DNA from: Bulleidia sp.
GTDB taxonomy: Bacteria; Desulfobacterota; Desulfovibrionia; Desulfovibrionales; Desulfovibrionaceae
Direction of reading: 5' to 3'
Assembly: GCA_963661665.1 (NCBI GenBank)
Contig: CAVLCT010000001.1
Span: 27,308 to 91,307, forward strand
Length of the DNA stretch: 64,000 nucleotides
Shown here in pieces: positions 1 through 9,548 of this stretch. Position numbers and translations under genes: made by a program. Under the pieces are notes generated by a model, which saw nothing but the letters and a program-made list of their open reading frames with translations, had not been told where the DNA came from and searched no databases. Every line of letters begins with the position of its first letter. Positions within the stretch are counted from its first letter, which is position 1.

Positions 1-560
1 AAGATTATTTGTCAATACCAAATACTGTTATCCGTAAGCAATTTTTTGAATATTATATACGGTATATACGTGGTTTAAGGTTTGTTCCTATAACCATAAG
101 TGATAAAAAAACAAATTTACAATTAAAAAATGGCGATCTAAGGCCGCTTATTGAGTCCGTCTGCAACAGGTCTGATGAAGTCAGCGGTCTTAATGTTGTG
201 TGAAAATGACATAAGAACATAGAGGCACTGCCTGACCTGAAATGAAAGGTATGTGTCATCGGCCTTAGTTTAGCAGGGTACTCCATCTGCTGGTGGCTGG
301 TGCCTGGAACTCATAATTGTGGGGATACGATGAAAGGAAGCGTTAAGAAGACTGGATCCAGGGAATATTTTCCGCGAAAGCAGCAAGCAGGACATTCTGC
401 GTTTGGAAGAAGCAAAGACAAAGTACGGGGAAAAACGGGGATGGCAGGCAGAAGAGCCGGCAGGGCATATAGTGCTCCTGAATACGCTCCTAGATATACA
501 CCTGACGATGCTCTTTATTCTCCCGATGCTTCTCTTCTTCCGCAGGGAGCCATCCTTGAT

Positions 561-2078
561 ATGCAGGCCCTGTTTCCCATGCTCTCCGTGGAGAGGGGCA
601 GGGACATCAGCGTACTCCTTGGACAGGCCCTGAAGGAGGCCTTTCCCCTTAAAAAGGCGCACAGGCAGGATCTCCCCTACAATATCGTGCAGCTTTCACG
701 CCTGCTTACGGTTGAGCGCTCAGAAATGCGTCATCCCTACTGGGCCTCGCCTGCCCTGACAGGTGCCTATGTTCACTATTTCCTGCCATGGAATATTTAC
801 CGCCTGTCCAGGCTCTTCAGTGGCCTGCGCCTTGCTACGCCTCCGGATGACGGCAGGTATCTTTTACTGGATCTGGGATCAGGCCCTATGACAGTGCCTG
901 TGGCCTTGTGGCTTTCCTGTCCTGAGTGGCGCAGTAAAAAAATCGTTGTGTGTGCCGTGGACTGCGCAGGGCACCCCTTGCAGATAGGGAAAGCCATCCT
1001 GGAGAGCCTGGCAAGGCAGGCAGGTACAGAGCCCTGGGAAGTTGTGCCTGTCCAGGCCCCCCTGGAACAGGGCATACGCAGGGCCGGGCAGATTATACAA
1101 AAAGGATGTACCCCGTGGCTTGTCACGGCCGCCAATGTCCTCAATGAGCTTGAGCCCCTGAAAAAAGTCCGTCTGGGTGATGACGACGAGTCTGACTTTG
1201 AAAAGACGCGGCTTCATGACATTACAGGGATGGTGTCATCCCTGCTGCGTCACGCACCTAAGGAAGCAAGAGCGCTTTTTATCGAGCCAGGTACCCGTCT
1301 GGGCGGCCTTACCCTTATGGGCGTGCGCTCCATGCTCAAGGACGAGGGAATGCAAATAGAGGCTCCATGTCCGCATAACGGCATCTGTCCCCTGTACAGG
1401 GGCGATGGCTCAGACGATATGGATGACGACGATTTGTTTATGCAGGAAGGAGAGGATGGGCTAGACCAGGAGCATCAGCCTTGTGAGCAGCAGGGCCAGG
1501 TCTCAAAGCTTGCCGGCCGTTCCTGGTGCCACTTCACTTTTACAAGCACAGGGGCACCGTCCTGGCTGCGGGCACTGGCTGATCCTACGGGGCTGGCCAA
1601 GGAAACGCTGTCTTTGTCATTTCTGCTTTTTTCTGCCGCAAAAGAAGGGTTGCCTGATGACATGCCTGATGATGCACAGCAGAATGGACAGAAAACTAAC
1701 CTTCGTATTATTTCCCAGCCTTTTTCTGTCCCGAGGCGCAAAGGGCAGTGCCGTTATGCCTGTTCTGAGCATGGCCTGATACTTCTTGAAGATGCCGCAA
1801 AATATGCCAGCGGCACAAAACTCTCTGTCAGCCAGACAGGGGATGATGTGGCAAAGGCGCCTCAGGATGCACGTAGCGGGGCACGATGCCTGGCTGTCGA
1901 TGGAAGCGGCCATAAGGGAACCGAGATCCCTGGCAATGGAGAAATGCACGATTTGCGGCACAAGAACGGCAAAAAGCAGTATGCAGGCTCAAACCGTAAT
2001 GGAGCAGGACGCCATGAGAGACATTCCTTCCCGCATTCCAAAGGGACGCCCAAAAAGGAGCAAAGAGAGAAGAGGTAG
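561..2078 (+). CDS. Rsm22-like SAM-dependent methyltransferase (COG5459-type)
   Basis: Lies in ORF 300..2078. Methyltransferase motif I is LLDLGSGPMTVPVALW. A C-terminal Cys cluster (CPHNGICPL ... WCHFTF) is typical of the Rsm22 family. The GTG at 300 adds 87 low-complexity codons. ATG 561 (MQALFPM), preceded by GGGAG, looks like the more plausible start. Confidence 0.65.
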   Translation: MQALFPMLSVERGRDISVLLGQALKEAFPLKKAHRQDLPYNIVQLSRLLTVERSEMRHPYWASPALTGAYVHYFLPWNIYRLSRLFSGLRLATPPDDGRYLLLDLGSGPMTVPVALWLSCPEWRSKKIVVCAVDCAGHPLQIGKAILESLARQAGTEPWEVVPVQAPLEQGIRRAGQIIQKGCTPWLVTAANVLNELEPLKKVRLGDDDESDFEKTRLHDITGMVSSLLRHAPKEARALFIEPGTRLGGLTLMGVRSMLKDEGMQIEAPCPHNGICPLYRGDGSDDMDDDDLFMQEGEDGLDQEHQPCEQQGQVSKLAGRSWCHFTFTSTGAPSWLRALADPTGLAKETLSLSFLLFSAAKEGLPDDMPDDAQQNGQKTNLRIISQPFSVPRRKGQCRYACSEHGLILLEDAAKYASGTKLSVSQTGDDVAKAPQDARSGARCLAVDGSGHKGTEIPGNGEMHDLRHKNGKKQYAGSNRNGAGRHERHSFPHSKGTPKKEQREKR

Positions 2079-2120
2079 CTCTTTGTGAGCCTGTCCAGTA
2101 AAACAGCAAGAAGATACGAA

Positions 2121-2156
2121 AAAAGCCGGTTCTGAGAGGAGCCGGCTTTCTCTTTG
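2121..2156. terminator. Rho-independent terminator-like hairpin
   Basis: AAGCCGG (2123-2129) pairs with CCGGCTT (2142-2148). An A-run lies upstream and TCTCTTT downstream. Confidence 0.55.
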
Positions 2157-2435
2157 GCTGACAAAAAAGGATGCCTGTTCAGGCGTGATGCGGGGAATAT
2201 GTAAATCCTGAACAGAGCGTGCCCAAGAATCCTTTGCGTCCTGCTTTTGAAAATACTCTGAGAAGAGCAGGCCCCCTTATTCTGCAAAATTATGCCTGCA
2301 ATACCTGCCAATGGCCGGATATGACAGATTAATGATATTGACTTTCACTTTCTTTTTCGGCATTAAATCCGCAATACCGTTGTCCGGAACGGCTCTGGAC
2401 AGCGGATAATGACTTCTTGCATTGGAGGATGCGGC

Positions 2436-3428
2436 ATGGGCCCGGAACAGATTGCTTCTGCATTGCGTACACTTTTATCCATTAGGCAGCCTGTCTTTCT
2501 CTGGGGTGCGCCAGGCGTGGGAAAGAGTCAGGTTGTTGCCCAGGTGGCAGAGGAAAAAGGGCTCATCCTGCGGGATATTCGTGCCGTTCTTCTGGATCCG
2601 GTTGATTTGCGCGGACTGCCGCGTATCACGTCCTCAGGAGTTGCCGCCTGGTGTCCGCCGGCTTTTCTGCCGCACGAAGATGAAAAAACTGAGGGCATAC
2701 TGTTTTTGGACGAGCTCAATTCCGCTCCTCCTCTGGTGCAGGCCGCCTGCTATCAGCTGATTCTGGACAGGGCTATTGGAGAATACCACCTGCCTGACGG
2801 CTGGTGCATCGTGGCAGCAGGCAACAGGGAAAAGGACCGGTCTGTCACGCACCGCATGCCTGCGGCCCTGGCCAACCGCATGATTCATCTTGATTTTGAC
2901 ACAAGCCTGGACGACTGGCTTGGCTGGGCCAGGAAGCATAACATCCGCAAGGATGTGAGGGCCTTCGTCCGTTTCCGCCCGCGCTTTTTGCACAATTTTG
3001 ATCCTGCCTCTGCAGAAAAGGCCTTCCCGTCGCCCAGATCCTGGGAATTTGTCAGCCATGTGCTGGATGCCCAGCCTGAGGAAGAAGTTCTCTATGAACT
3101 TGTGAAGGGCACTGTAGGCCAGGTCTGTGCTGCAGAATTTATGGGCTATCGCGCAGTCTGGCAGAACATCCCAGGCATAGAAGAAGTCCTGGACAAGCCT
3201 GAGACTGTGAAGGTTCCTGATGAGCCTGCGGCCCTGTATGCCTTGTGCGAAGCCCTGGCCTCCGCTGCCGATGACGGGACTATGGAGGCTCTTGCCTTAT
3301 ATGCCTTGCGCATGCCGGCAGAATTTGGCGTTTTGCTCATGCGCGACTGCATACAGCATAAGGCGTCCCTGGCAGAATCTCCTGCCTTTGCCCGCTGGGC
3401 TGAAGCCAATGCAGAAGTCCTTTTGTAG
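2436..3428 (+). CDS. MoxR-like AAA+ ATPase (AAA_5 / CbbQ-NorQ type)
   Basis: Walker A is GAPGVGKS and Walker B is ILFLDELN, with an AAGNRE sensor region. ATG 2436 lies 7 nt after GGAGG. The ORF opens at 2409. Confidence 0.85.
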   Translation: MGPEQIASALRTLLSIRQPVFLWGAPGVGKSQVVAQVAEEKGLILRDIRAVLLDPVDLRGLPRITSSGVAAWCPPAFLPHEDEKTEGILFLDELNSAPPLVQAACYQLILDRAIGEYHLPDGWCIVAAGNREKDRSVTHRMPAALANRMIHLDFDTSLDDWLGWARKHNIRKDVRAFVRFRPRFLHNFDPASAEKAFPSPRSWEFVSHVLDAQPEEEVLYELVKGTVGQVCAAEFMGYRAVWQNIPGIEEVLDKPETVKVPDEPAALYALCEALASAADDGTMEALALYALRMPAEFGVLLMRDCIQHKASLAESPAFARWAEANAEVLL

Positions 3429-3439
3429 GGGCAGCTTCC

Positions 3440-4801
3440 ATGGATGAACCTGAAAACAGGGAGACGGCCCTCCTTATAATGCAGCGTGTCAGGGCAAGGC
3501 TTGTTACTGACCATCCGTTTTTCGGTGATCTGGCCCTGCGCCTGATTCTCAAGGAAGACAAAACCTGCCATGACATGTGGACAGACGGCCGGGTGCTGGC
3601 CTTTAACCCTCTGTTTGTGACATGCCTAAAGGAAGACAAGCTTGCCGGTGCCCAGGCGCATGAGGTTTTGCATCTGGTCTTTGGTCATCATTTGCGCAGG
3701 CGCAACAGGGAAAAGACGCTGTGGAACAGGGCCTGCGATCTGGCTATCAACGGCATCCTTGTGGAGTCAGGCTTCCATCTGCCGGACGGCTTTCTCTATA
3801 ATGCCGACTATAAAGGCAAAACAGCTGACGATATTTATGACATCCTTCTTGCGCGCATAGCAGAAGAGGGGCAGGAAGGGACAAAACGCAAGGGAAACGA
3901 CAGGCAGAGTTCCGAAAGCCAGTCAAAGCAGGACAATTCTGGAGCCCATAGCAAGGCAGGCCTTGGCGTCAGATCTCCCAACGACAGCTCCGCAGGGGAA
4001 GGGCAGACTGAGGACAAGGAACGGAGCCGCCAGGACGGCAGGGGTGTCAAGCCTGTCAAAGGCGCACAGAGCTCTGGCAAGAAGACGGACGGCTCCCCTG
4101 CATCCTTTGACGGCGAGGTGCGCGATTTGCCGGACAGCCTGAATGGCAGGGGATCGGACAAGGACCGTATTCGTGCCGAGCAGGAAGCTGAGATGATGCT
4201 GACGCAGGCCGCCAGCAGGGCAAAAAACATGGGCAGCCTGCCAGCTGGACTGGTCAGGCAGGTAGAACACCTGCAAAGCTCAAGCCTTGACTGGCGGGAT
4301 ATCTTGCAGCGTTTTCTGGCTTCCTGTGCCGACAATGACTACACCTGGTCAACGCCCAACCGCCGCTACCTCTTTCAGGATATCTACATGCCGTCACGCT
4401 GGGAGCAGCGCCTGCGCGACATTGTTGTGGCCGTAGACAGCTCTGGTTCCGTGGATACCAGGACGCTGGCCCTGTTTATGAGTGAGTTAAGACGTGTGCT
4501 TGAATCCTATGACACCACGCTGACCGTTTTTTACCACGACACAAAGGTGCAGAAAGTGGAGGTTTTGTCGCGTTTTTCAGGCGGCAGCGAGCTTGTTCCT
4601 GTGGGTGGGGGCGGCACAGATTTTCGCCCGGTACCTGAGGCTGTGAAAAACGAGGGCATAGAGCCTGCCTGCCTTCTCTGGTTTACGGATCTTGAATGCA
4701 CGCGCTTTCCGGACGACCCTGGCTATCCTGTCCTCTGGCTGAGCACGGGAAAACAGGGCCCAAAGCCTCCGTTCGGAGAGGTTGTCCAGATCACCGTGTA
4801 A
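3440..4801 (+). CDS. Zincin-like metallopeptidase domain + von Willebrand factor A domain protein (DUF2201-type)
   Basis: The N-terminal HExxH is AHEVLHLVFGHH. A roughly 100-aa Ser/Gly/Lys/Asp-rich linker follows. The C-terminal VWA domain has the MIDAS motif VVAVDSSGSVD. The gene starts 12 nt after the MoxR stop. Confidence 0.85.
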   Translation: MDEPENRETALLIMQRVRARLVTDHPFFGDLALRLILKEDKTCHDMWTDGRVLAFNPLFVTCLKEDKLAGAQAHEVLHLVFGHHLRRRNREKTLWNRACDLAINGILVESGFHLPDGFLYNADYKGKTADDIYDILLARIAEEGQEGTKRKGNDRQSSESQSKQDNSGAHSKAGLGVRSPNDSSAGEGQTEDKERSRQDGRGVKPVKGAQSSGKKTDGSPASFDGEVRDLPDSLNGRGSDKDRIRAEQEAEMMLTQAASRAKNMGSLPAGLVRQVEHLQSSSLDWRDILQRFLASCADNDYTWSTPNRRYLFQDIYMPSRWEQRLRDIVVAVDSSGSVDTRTLALFMSELRRVLESYDTTLTVFYHDTKVQKVEVLSRFSGGSELVPVGGGGTDFRPVPEAVKNEGIEPACLLWFTDLECTRFPDDPGYPVLWLSTGKQGPKPPFGEVVQITV

Positions 4802-4879
4802 GGGAGATGCGGTGGCATGGCAGGTATAGTGCTATAAAGGACTTTAATTTAATATCCTGGAAATATAGAGGAAATAATC

Positions 4880-5356
4880 ATGCTGATAGAATGGAGCATC
4901 AACAAGGAGCGCGGCAACCTTCGCCCTGTGCTGAGTTACAGGGCCCAGCTTGAAGAGCATGAAAAGGCGCTGGCTGTGCCTGAGGTAACTATTCTTTCCA
5001 CCATACCGCAGCCTGAGGAGCATACCCAGAAGTTCTGCTATCCCGGGATGATGGAACGTGCCAGGAATTACAGCCCTACCTCGTTTTATACGCTGGAAAC
5101 TCCGTCCCACAGAGGGCATGCCGAGCTGCATACCATGACCCTGCCCTGGCGGGAGAACAATGCCTATCCTGAAGTGGAACAGTCCTTTGCCATGCTTCGG
5201 GATGCCCTTGAAACGGAAGTCCGCAAGGCCAGTGCAAGCGTGCCTATGGAAGAAAAGGGTGTTGTGCGCACTTCAAGGGAAGGCAAGCGCTGTGTGGCAC
5301 AAAGCGTTGCCGCTGCCCGTTTCCTGCGCCTGGCCAGAGCTTCCAGCGAATCATAG
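4880..5356 (+). CDS. hypothetical protein
   Basis: 158-aa ORF with an AGAGGA Shine-Dalgarno 7 nt upstream of the ATG. Same strand as, and 78 nt after, the VWA gene. No motif I recognise. Confidence 0.5.
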   Translation: MLIEWSINKERGNLRPVLSYRAQLEEHEKALAVPEVTILSTIPQPEEHTQKFCYPGMMERARNYSPTSFYTLETPSHRGHAELHTMTLPWRENNAYPEVEQSFAMLRDALETEVRKASASVPMEEKGVVRTSREGKRCVAQSVAAARFLRLARASSES

Positions 5357-5521
5357 CGAATCATAAAGGTCTTACAGGGCACAAGATTAGCCAGCCAGCG
5401 CCTTATTACTTGCCAGACATGAGAAAAACGCCTACTTCCAGCAGGGGAGAATCAGGCAGGCCTTATTACAGACCTGCCTTGTCCTTGAAGACACAAAACT
5501 GTTCGGGGAAGAGGGTATAAC

Positions 5522-6022
5522 ATGCGTTGGGTAACACATCAGGTAGGCGCTCTGGCTGCAGGATTATGGCTCGGCCTTCCGGCCAGCGGCCTGGCCGCAG
5601 CCTGGCTTGGCGGCATTTTCCCCGATGTGATGGATCAGAAGGCAGCCGGCCTTTTCAGGAACAGGCAAAAAGGGTTTAACCGTGTGCACAGAGGCTTTTC
5701 CCACTGGCCCGGACTGTGGCTGGCAGGCTTTTTTGCCACGCTTTGTTTTCTGCCTGAACAGATGAATTTTGCCCTCAGGCCCGTTTTGACAGGGTTCTTT
5801 ATTGGCGGACTGAGCCACGTTGTACTGGACATGCTGACAGTGCAGGGCATCCCCCTGCGTCCTTTCAGCCGCAAAAACCGCCTGTCCCTTAATCTTTGCA
5901 AGACAGGCGGCATCGGCGAATATGTTTTTCTGGCCACTATGGCCCTGTGCATCTGCCTCTTTTTCAATGACAGGGTGTACTTTATGGCAAGGCAGCTGCT
6001 TCGTGCTGCCAGCACCCTGTAG
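5522..6022 (+). CDS. YdjM/DUF457-type membrane-bound metal-dependent hydrolase
   Basis: Small polytopic protein with FPDVMDQ, HRGFSHW and GGLSHVVLDMLT motifs characteristic of DUF457. Confidence 0.7.
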   Translation: MRWVTHQVGALAAGLWLGLPASGLAAAWLGGIFPDVMDQKAAGLFRNRQKGFNRVHRGFSHWPGLWLAGFFATLCFLPEQMNFALRPVLTGFFIGGLSHVVLDMLTVQGIPLRPFSRKNRLSLNLCKTGGIGEYVFLATMALCICLFFNDRVYFMARQLLRAASTL

Positions 6023-6045
6023 AAAGTCTGCAGGAAGGCAGGACA

Positions 6046-7044
6046 TCAGTCCTTTTTGACGGAGCGTGCTGCAAGCAGGCTGTAGAGCTCCTTTGTGGTC
6101 CAGCCTGAAACAAGCGTCTGCAAGGTACGCGAGAGTTCCCTTGGCTTCATGTTTTTTGCCTGTTCCCCTGCCAGGGCAAGCACTTCTGCCTCAGGTGTTT
6201 TGCTGACTGTTTCAGGCGGCCCCAGAATAACAGTGACTTCGCCTAGGAGCGTATCAGGGATTTTATCTGCTTCTTCCAGGCGGAAGGGAATAAATTCCTC
6301 GTAGATTTTGGTGAGTTCGCGGCAGACAACGCCCTGCCGCGGTCCCAGTACAGGCAGTGCCTCTTTCAGGACATGGGCAAGCCTGTCCTTGCGTTCAAAA
6401 AAGATAAGTGTCGTCGGAACTAAGGCAAAAGAGGAAAAAAGCTGTGTCCTGGGGCCTGTGTCCCGCGGCAGAAAGCCAAGAAACGTATAGGGCAGGGGGG
6501 CAATGCCGGCAGCGCTCAGTGCGGTTACCGGAGCAGAAGGGCCTGGTACGGGATGGACTGGTATGCCCTGTGCGCGGCAGGCACAGACCAGGCGGAAGCC
6601 GGGATCTGCAACCAGCGGCGTGCCGGCATCGGAAACCAGGGCAATGGAGGCGCCGTCTTTTAAGAGAGCCAGAATTTCAGGTTCCTTCTGGCGTTCGTTG
6701 TGATCGTGGAAGCTGACGGCTTTTCTGACACGCAGGCCAAGCTCTCTTGCAAGCAGAAAAAGGCGGCGCGTGTCTTCGGCAAGGACAAGGTCGCAACCTT
6801 CTATGATGCGCCTGGCCCTGGGGGAAAAATCATCCCTGTTGCCGATAGGCGTAGCCACGATAAAAAGACGACCTTTATCCTGCGGAAAATCATTTTTAAG
6901 CCTGTTTTCTGCAGTCAGGGCCAGATCTGTTTCAGGCATAGGGCCTTCTTCTGTCGTGAGATGCTCCCATGTGAGAGGCTCTTCGGCACTGCCTGAATGC
7001 TTGTCAGAAAGATTGTTTTGCATGGAGTGTTTTCTCATCATCAT
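6046..7044 (-). CDS. rsmI: 16S rRNA (cytidine1402-2'-O)-methyltransferase
   Basis: LFIVATPIGNRDDFSPRARRIIEGCDLVLAEDTRR and the rest of the tetrapyrrole-methylase fold. About 60 aa of N-terminal extension makes the start uncertain. Confidence 0.9.
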   Translation of the reverse strand: MMMRKHSMQNNLSDKHSGSAEEPLTWEHLTTEEGPMPETDLALTAENRLKNDFPQDKGRLFIVATPIGNRDDFSPRARRIIEGCDLVLAEDTRRLFLLARELGLRVRKAVSFHDHNERQKEPEILALLKDGASIALVSDAGTPLVADPGFRLVCACRAQGIPVHPVPGPSAPVTALSAAGIAPLPYTFLGFLPRDTGPRTQLFSSFALVPTTLIFFERKDRLAHVLKEALPVLGPRQGVVCRELTKIYEEFIPFRLEEADKIPDTLLGEVTVILGPPETVSKTPEAEVLALAGEQAKNMKPRELSRTLQTLVSGWTTKELYSLLAARSVKKD

Positions 7045-7079
7045 GCCGGCAGGATAACAGGCGAATCAGATCGCAGGCA

Positions 7080-7916
7080 TTACTTGCCGAGGAGCAAGGA
7101 CTCAGGCGTACCGGCTGTCTCTGTGCCTTGTGAGACGCCATGGAAGGAGAGCCTGTGCATAGGGCAGGGGCCCAGCTTTTCCAGTGCCTCATAATGCGCC
7201 TTTGTGCCGTAGCCTTTGTGTATTTCAAAGCCGTAGCCTGGCCATTTTTTTGAGAGATGGTCCATAAGGTTGTCACGCCAGACCTTGGCCAGGACTGAGG
7301 CTGCCGAAATGGCAGGAGAGAGGCTGTCTCCCTTGACAACGGACCTCTGCCTGATGTCTGCAGTGCAGCCAGGGCAGGACTCAAGCACTGCCTCGGGAAT
7401 AGTCTTGTTGCCATCCACAAGGACGGTATAGGGCTGACTGCCTGTATGTTCCGGAACATGCGCAAGCACCCTGCCAAGTGCCTGGGCCATGGCTTCAAAA
7501 GTGGCCTGCAGGATATTGATGCTGTCTATGCGGCAGGGCCAGACAATGCCAAGGCTCCAGGCCTCTGCCATGCTTTTTATAAGAGGTGCAAGATGCACCC
7601 TCTTTTCCGCAGTCAGCTTTTTGGAGTCGTCAAGTCCGTCAAGCTCAAAGCCTTCTGGCAGAATGACAGCGCAGGCAACGACAGGGCCTGCCAGGCATCC
7701 CCTGCCTACCTCGTCAATGCCGACAACATGCGATCCGACTGGCAGTACGGCATCTGGCAGTGACAGGCCGGGAAGAGCTGGCATGGAAGGCGCATTCTTT
7801 TTTGTACGGCCTCTCACTGTCTTCCTCCTGTCTTTGATATCCTTTGAGTCGTACATCCCGCAGAGCAGAGGATAAAAGACAAGTCGGTTCCAGATACCTG
7901 AAACCGACTTGTACAA
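7080..7916 (-). CDS. rnhB: ribonuclease HII
   Basis: Motifs VVGIDEVGRGCLAGPVVACAV, DDSKKLT and GYGFEIHKGYGT. The true start may be an internal ATG (7856 or 7784). Confidence 0.9.
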   Translation of the reverse strand: MYKSVSGIWNRLVFYPLLCGMYDSKDIKDRRKTVRGRTKKNAPSMPALPGLSLPDAVLPVGSHVVGIDEVGRGCLAGPVVACAVILPEGFELDGLDDSKKLTAEKRVHLAPLIKSMAEAWSLGIVWPCRIDSINILQATFEAMAQALGRVLAHVPEHTGSQPYTVLVDGNKTIPEAVLESCPGCTADIRQRSVVKGDSLSPAISAASVLAKVWRDNLMDHLSKKWPGYGFEIHKGYGTKAHYEALEKLGPCPMHRLSFHGVSQGTETAGTPESLLLGK

Positions 7917-7940
7917 AAATATCGTGCCCGTTTATAACGA

Positions 7941-8288
7941 CTAGTAGTTGTTGCGGGGCTTGATGCGGGCAGCCTTGCCCTTGAGTTCGCGCAGGTAGTA
8001 CAGACGGCTGCGACGAACCAGACCGCGGCTCACAACATCGATATGGTCGATGAAGGGGGAGTTGAGGGGGAAGATACGCTCAACGCCAATGCCTTCGGAA
8101 ATCTTGCGCACTGTAAAGGTGGCGCCGGTGGTGCCGCGGTGAATGCGGATGACGCTGCCCTGGAAAACCTGAATACGCTGTTTTTCGCCTTCGATAATGC
8201 GCAGGTGAACCTTGACGGTGTCGCCGGAACGGAAGGAAGGCAGATCCGGGCGCTGGTTTTCGCTTTCGATTTTGCGAATGATATCCAT
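7941..8288 (-). CDS. rplS: 50S ribosomal protein L19
   Basis: MDIIRKIE...[29 protein letters not shown]...[18 protein letters not shown] is the canonical L19 sequence. Start taken at MDIIRK inside ORF 7941..8309. Confidence 0.95.
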   Translation of the reverse strand: MDIIRKIESENQRPDLPSFRSGDTVKVHLRIIEGEKQRIQVFQGSVIRIHRGTTGATFTVRKISEGIGVERIFPLNSPFIDHIDVVSRGLVRRSRLYYLRELKGKAARIKPRNNY

Positions 8289-8396
8289 TATGGGTGTGCT
8301 CCTGTACATGGCGTCATAACGCCGGAAAATTTTCGGGAATAGTGCCCGAATTGTAGCAATTTGTCTGCCGGCTCCTTGTAAAAGGAGATAGCGTTT

Positions 8397-9236
8397 TTAC
8401 TGTTCCTCAAGCCTGTAGAGGGTCCTGGCATTCTGACCGCATTGCTGCCACAGTGTTTCTGCATCTGTGCCAAGGCATTCAGCCATGGTCCTGATGGTGA
8501 AGACTGTGTAGGCCGGCTCGTTGCGCGTGCCGCGCCATGGCATGGGAGAAAGGTAGGGACAGTCCGTCTCAATCATGAGACGGTTGAGCGCAAATAAAGG
8601 CAGCGCTTCCCGAGCCTGGGGATTGTTCTTGAACGTTATGGTGCCGGGTATGGATACATACCAGTCATTGGCAACAATCCGTTCAGCCAAAGCCCTGTCT
8701 GCGCCGAAACAATGCCAGACAAGAGGATACCCCGAAAAACCTTCTTTTTCAAGAATGTCAAGAGTCATATCCTCTGCATTGCGGCAGTGGATTGCGACAG
8801 GCATACCCAGTTCCCTGGCCAGTCTCAGCTGGGCAATAAAAGGACCCGTCTGCTGGTCAGGAGTGGCTCCGCCTGGTTCGGTGCGGGAAAAGTCAAGCCC
8901 GATCTCCCCTATGGCGCGGATGCGCTTGTTTTCCGTAACATGCCTGCGCAGGCAGGACAGTGTCTCATCGGTAAAGCCGGCAACGTCATCGGGATGAACT
9001 CCCAGCAGGAAGAACACCTCGGGATGCTTGTCGAATATCTTCGCATCTTCCGGGAAAGTCAGGGGGTTGAGAAACACGTTGGCAATGCGTGCCAGCCCGC
9101 ATCGTCCGGCCCTGGCAAGGACCTCTTCCCGATCATCGTCAAATGCTGAGCTGTCTAAATGGGCATGAGAGTCAATACCCACAGGAGCGAGCGCAACTGT
9201 TTCAGGATCGATACGTTCAATATGCTTCTTGGACAT
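8397..9236 (-). CDS. tatD: TatD family metal-dependent hydrolase/DNase
   Basis: Last 279 codons of ORF 8397..10112. Begins MSKKHIERI and carries GIDSHAHLD (HxH) and later His/Asp motifs. The upstream part of that ORF is antisense to the next gene. Confidence 0.9.
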   Translation of the reverse strand: MSKKHIERIDPETVALAPVGIDSHAHLDSSAFDDDREEVLARAGRCGLARIANVFLNPLTFPEDAKIFDKHPEVFFLLGVHPDDVAGFTDETLSCLRRHVTENKRIRAIGEIGLDFSRTEPGGATPDQQTGPFIAQLRLARELGMPVAIHCRNAEDMTLDILEKEGFSGYPLVWHCFGADRALAERIVANDWYVSIPGTITFKNNPQAREALPLFALNRLMIETDCPYLSPMPWRGTRNEPAYTVFTIRTMAECLGTDAETLWQQCGQNARTLYRLEEQ

Positions 9237-9548
9237 GGTCCGGTTCCCCGAAATTTCCCAGGCAGAAAGCGCCTTTAACGGGAGGGTAGGCAAGGGAAGA
9301 AATTTGCTTGAGTTCACAAGGTCTGTCAAGTGTTTTTTTTGATTGGAACACATATTTAATGATGCAGATCTGCTGCCCAGCAATCTTGATTGGGGCGTTC
9401 TTCTTTGGTACTTTGCCAAAAAAAATGGCGCTGTCTTTCTGTCTTTGAGAGACGGCTCACGGGGCTGGTTTTGTATTGCCTGCAGGCAGTCATGTCCGGC
9501 ACCGTTCGTGTCCTTTGTGGCTTGTTGAACAAAAAGAGAGAGTACTCT

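Noticed and set aside
300-560. Riboswitch or other known RNA in the purine-rich stretch upstream of the Rsm22-like gene (also annotated as the 5' part of ORF 300..2078)
   Set aside because: I could find no B12 box, no TPP (ACCTGATC-type) core, and no RNase P or SRP core motifs. It may simply be a 5' UTR or a real N-terminal extension. This remains undecidable by eye.
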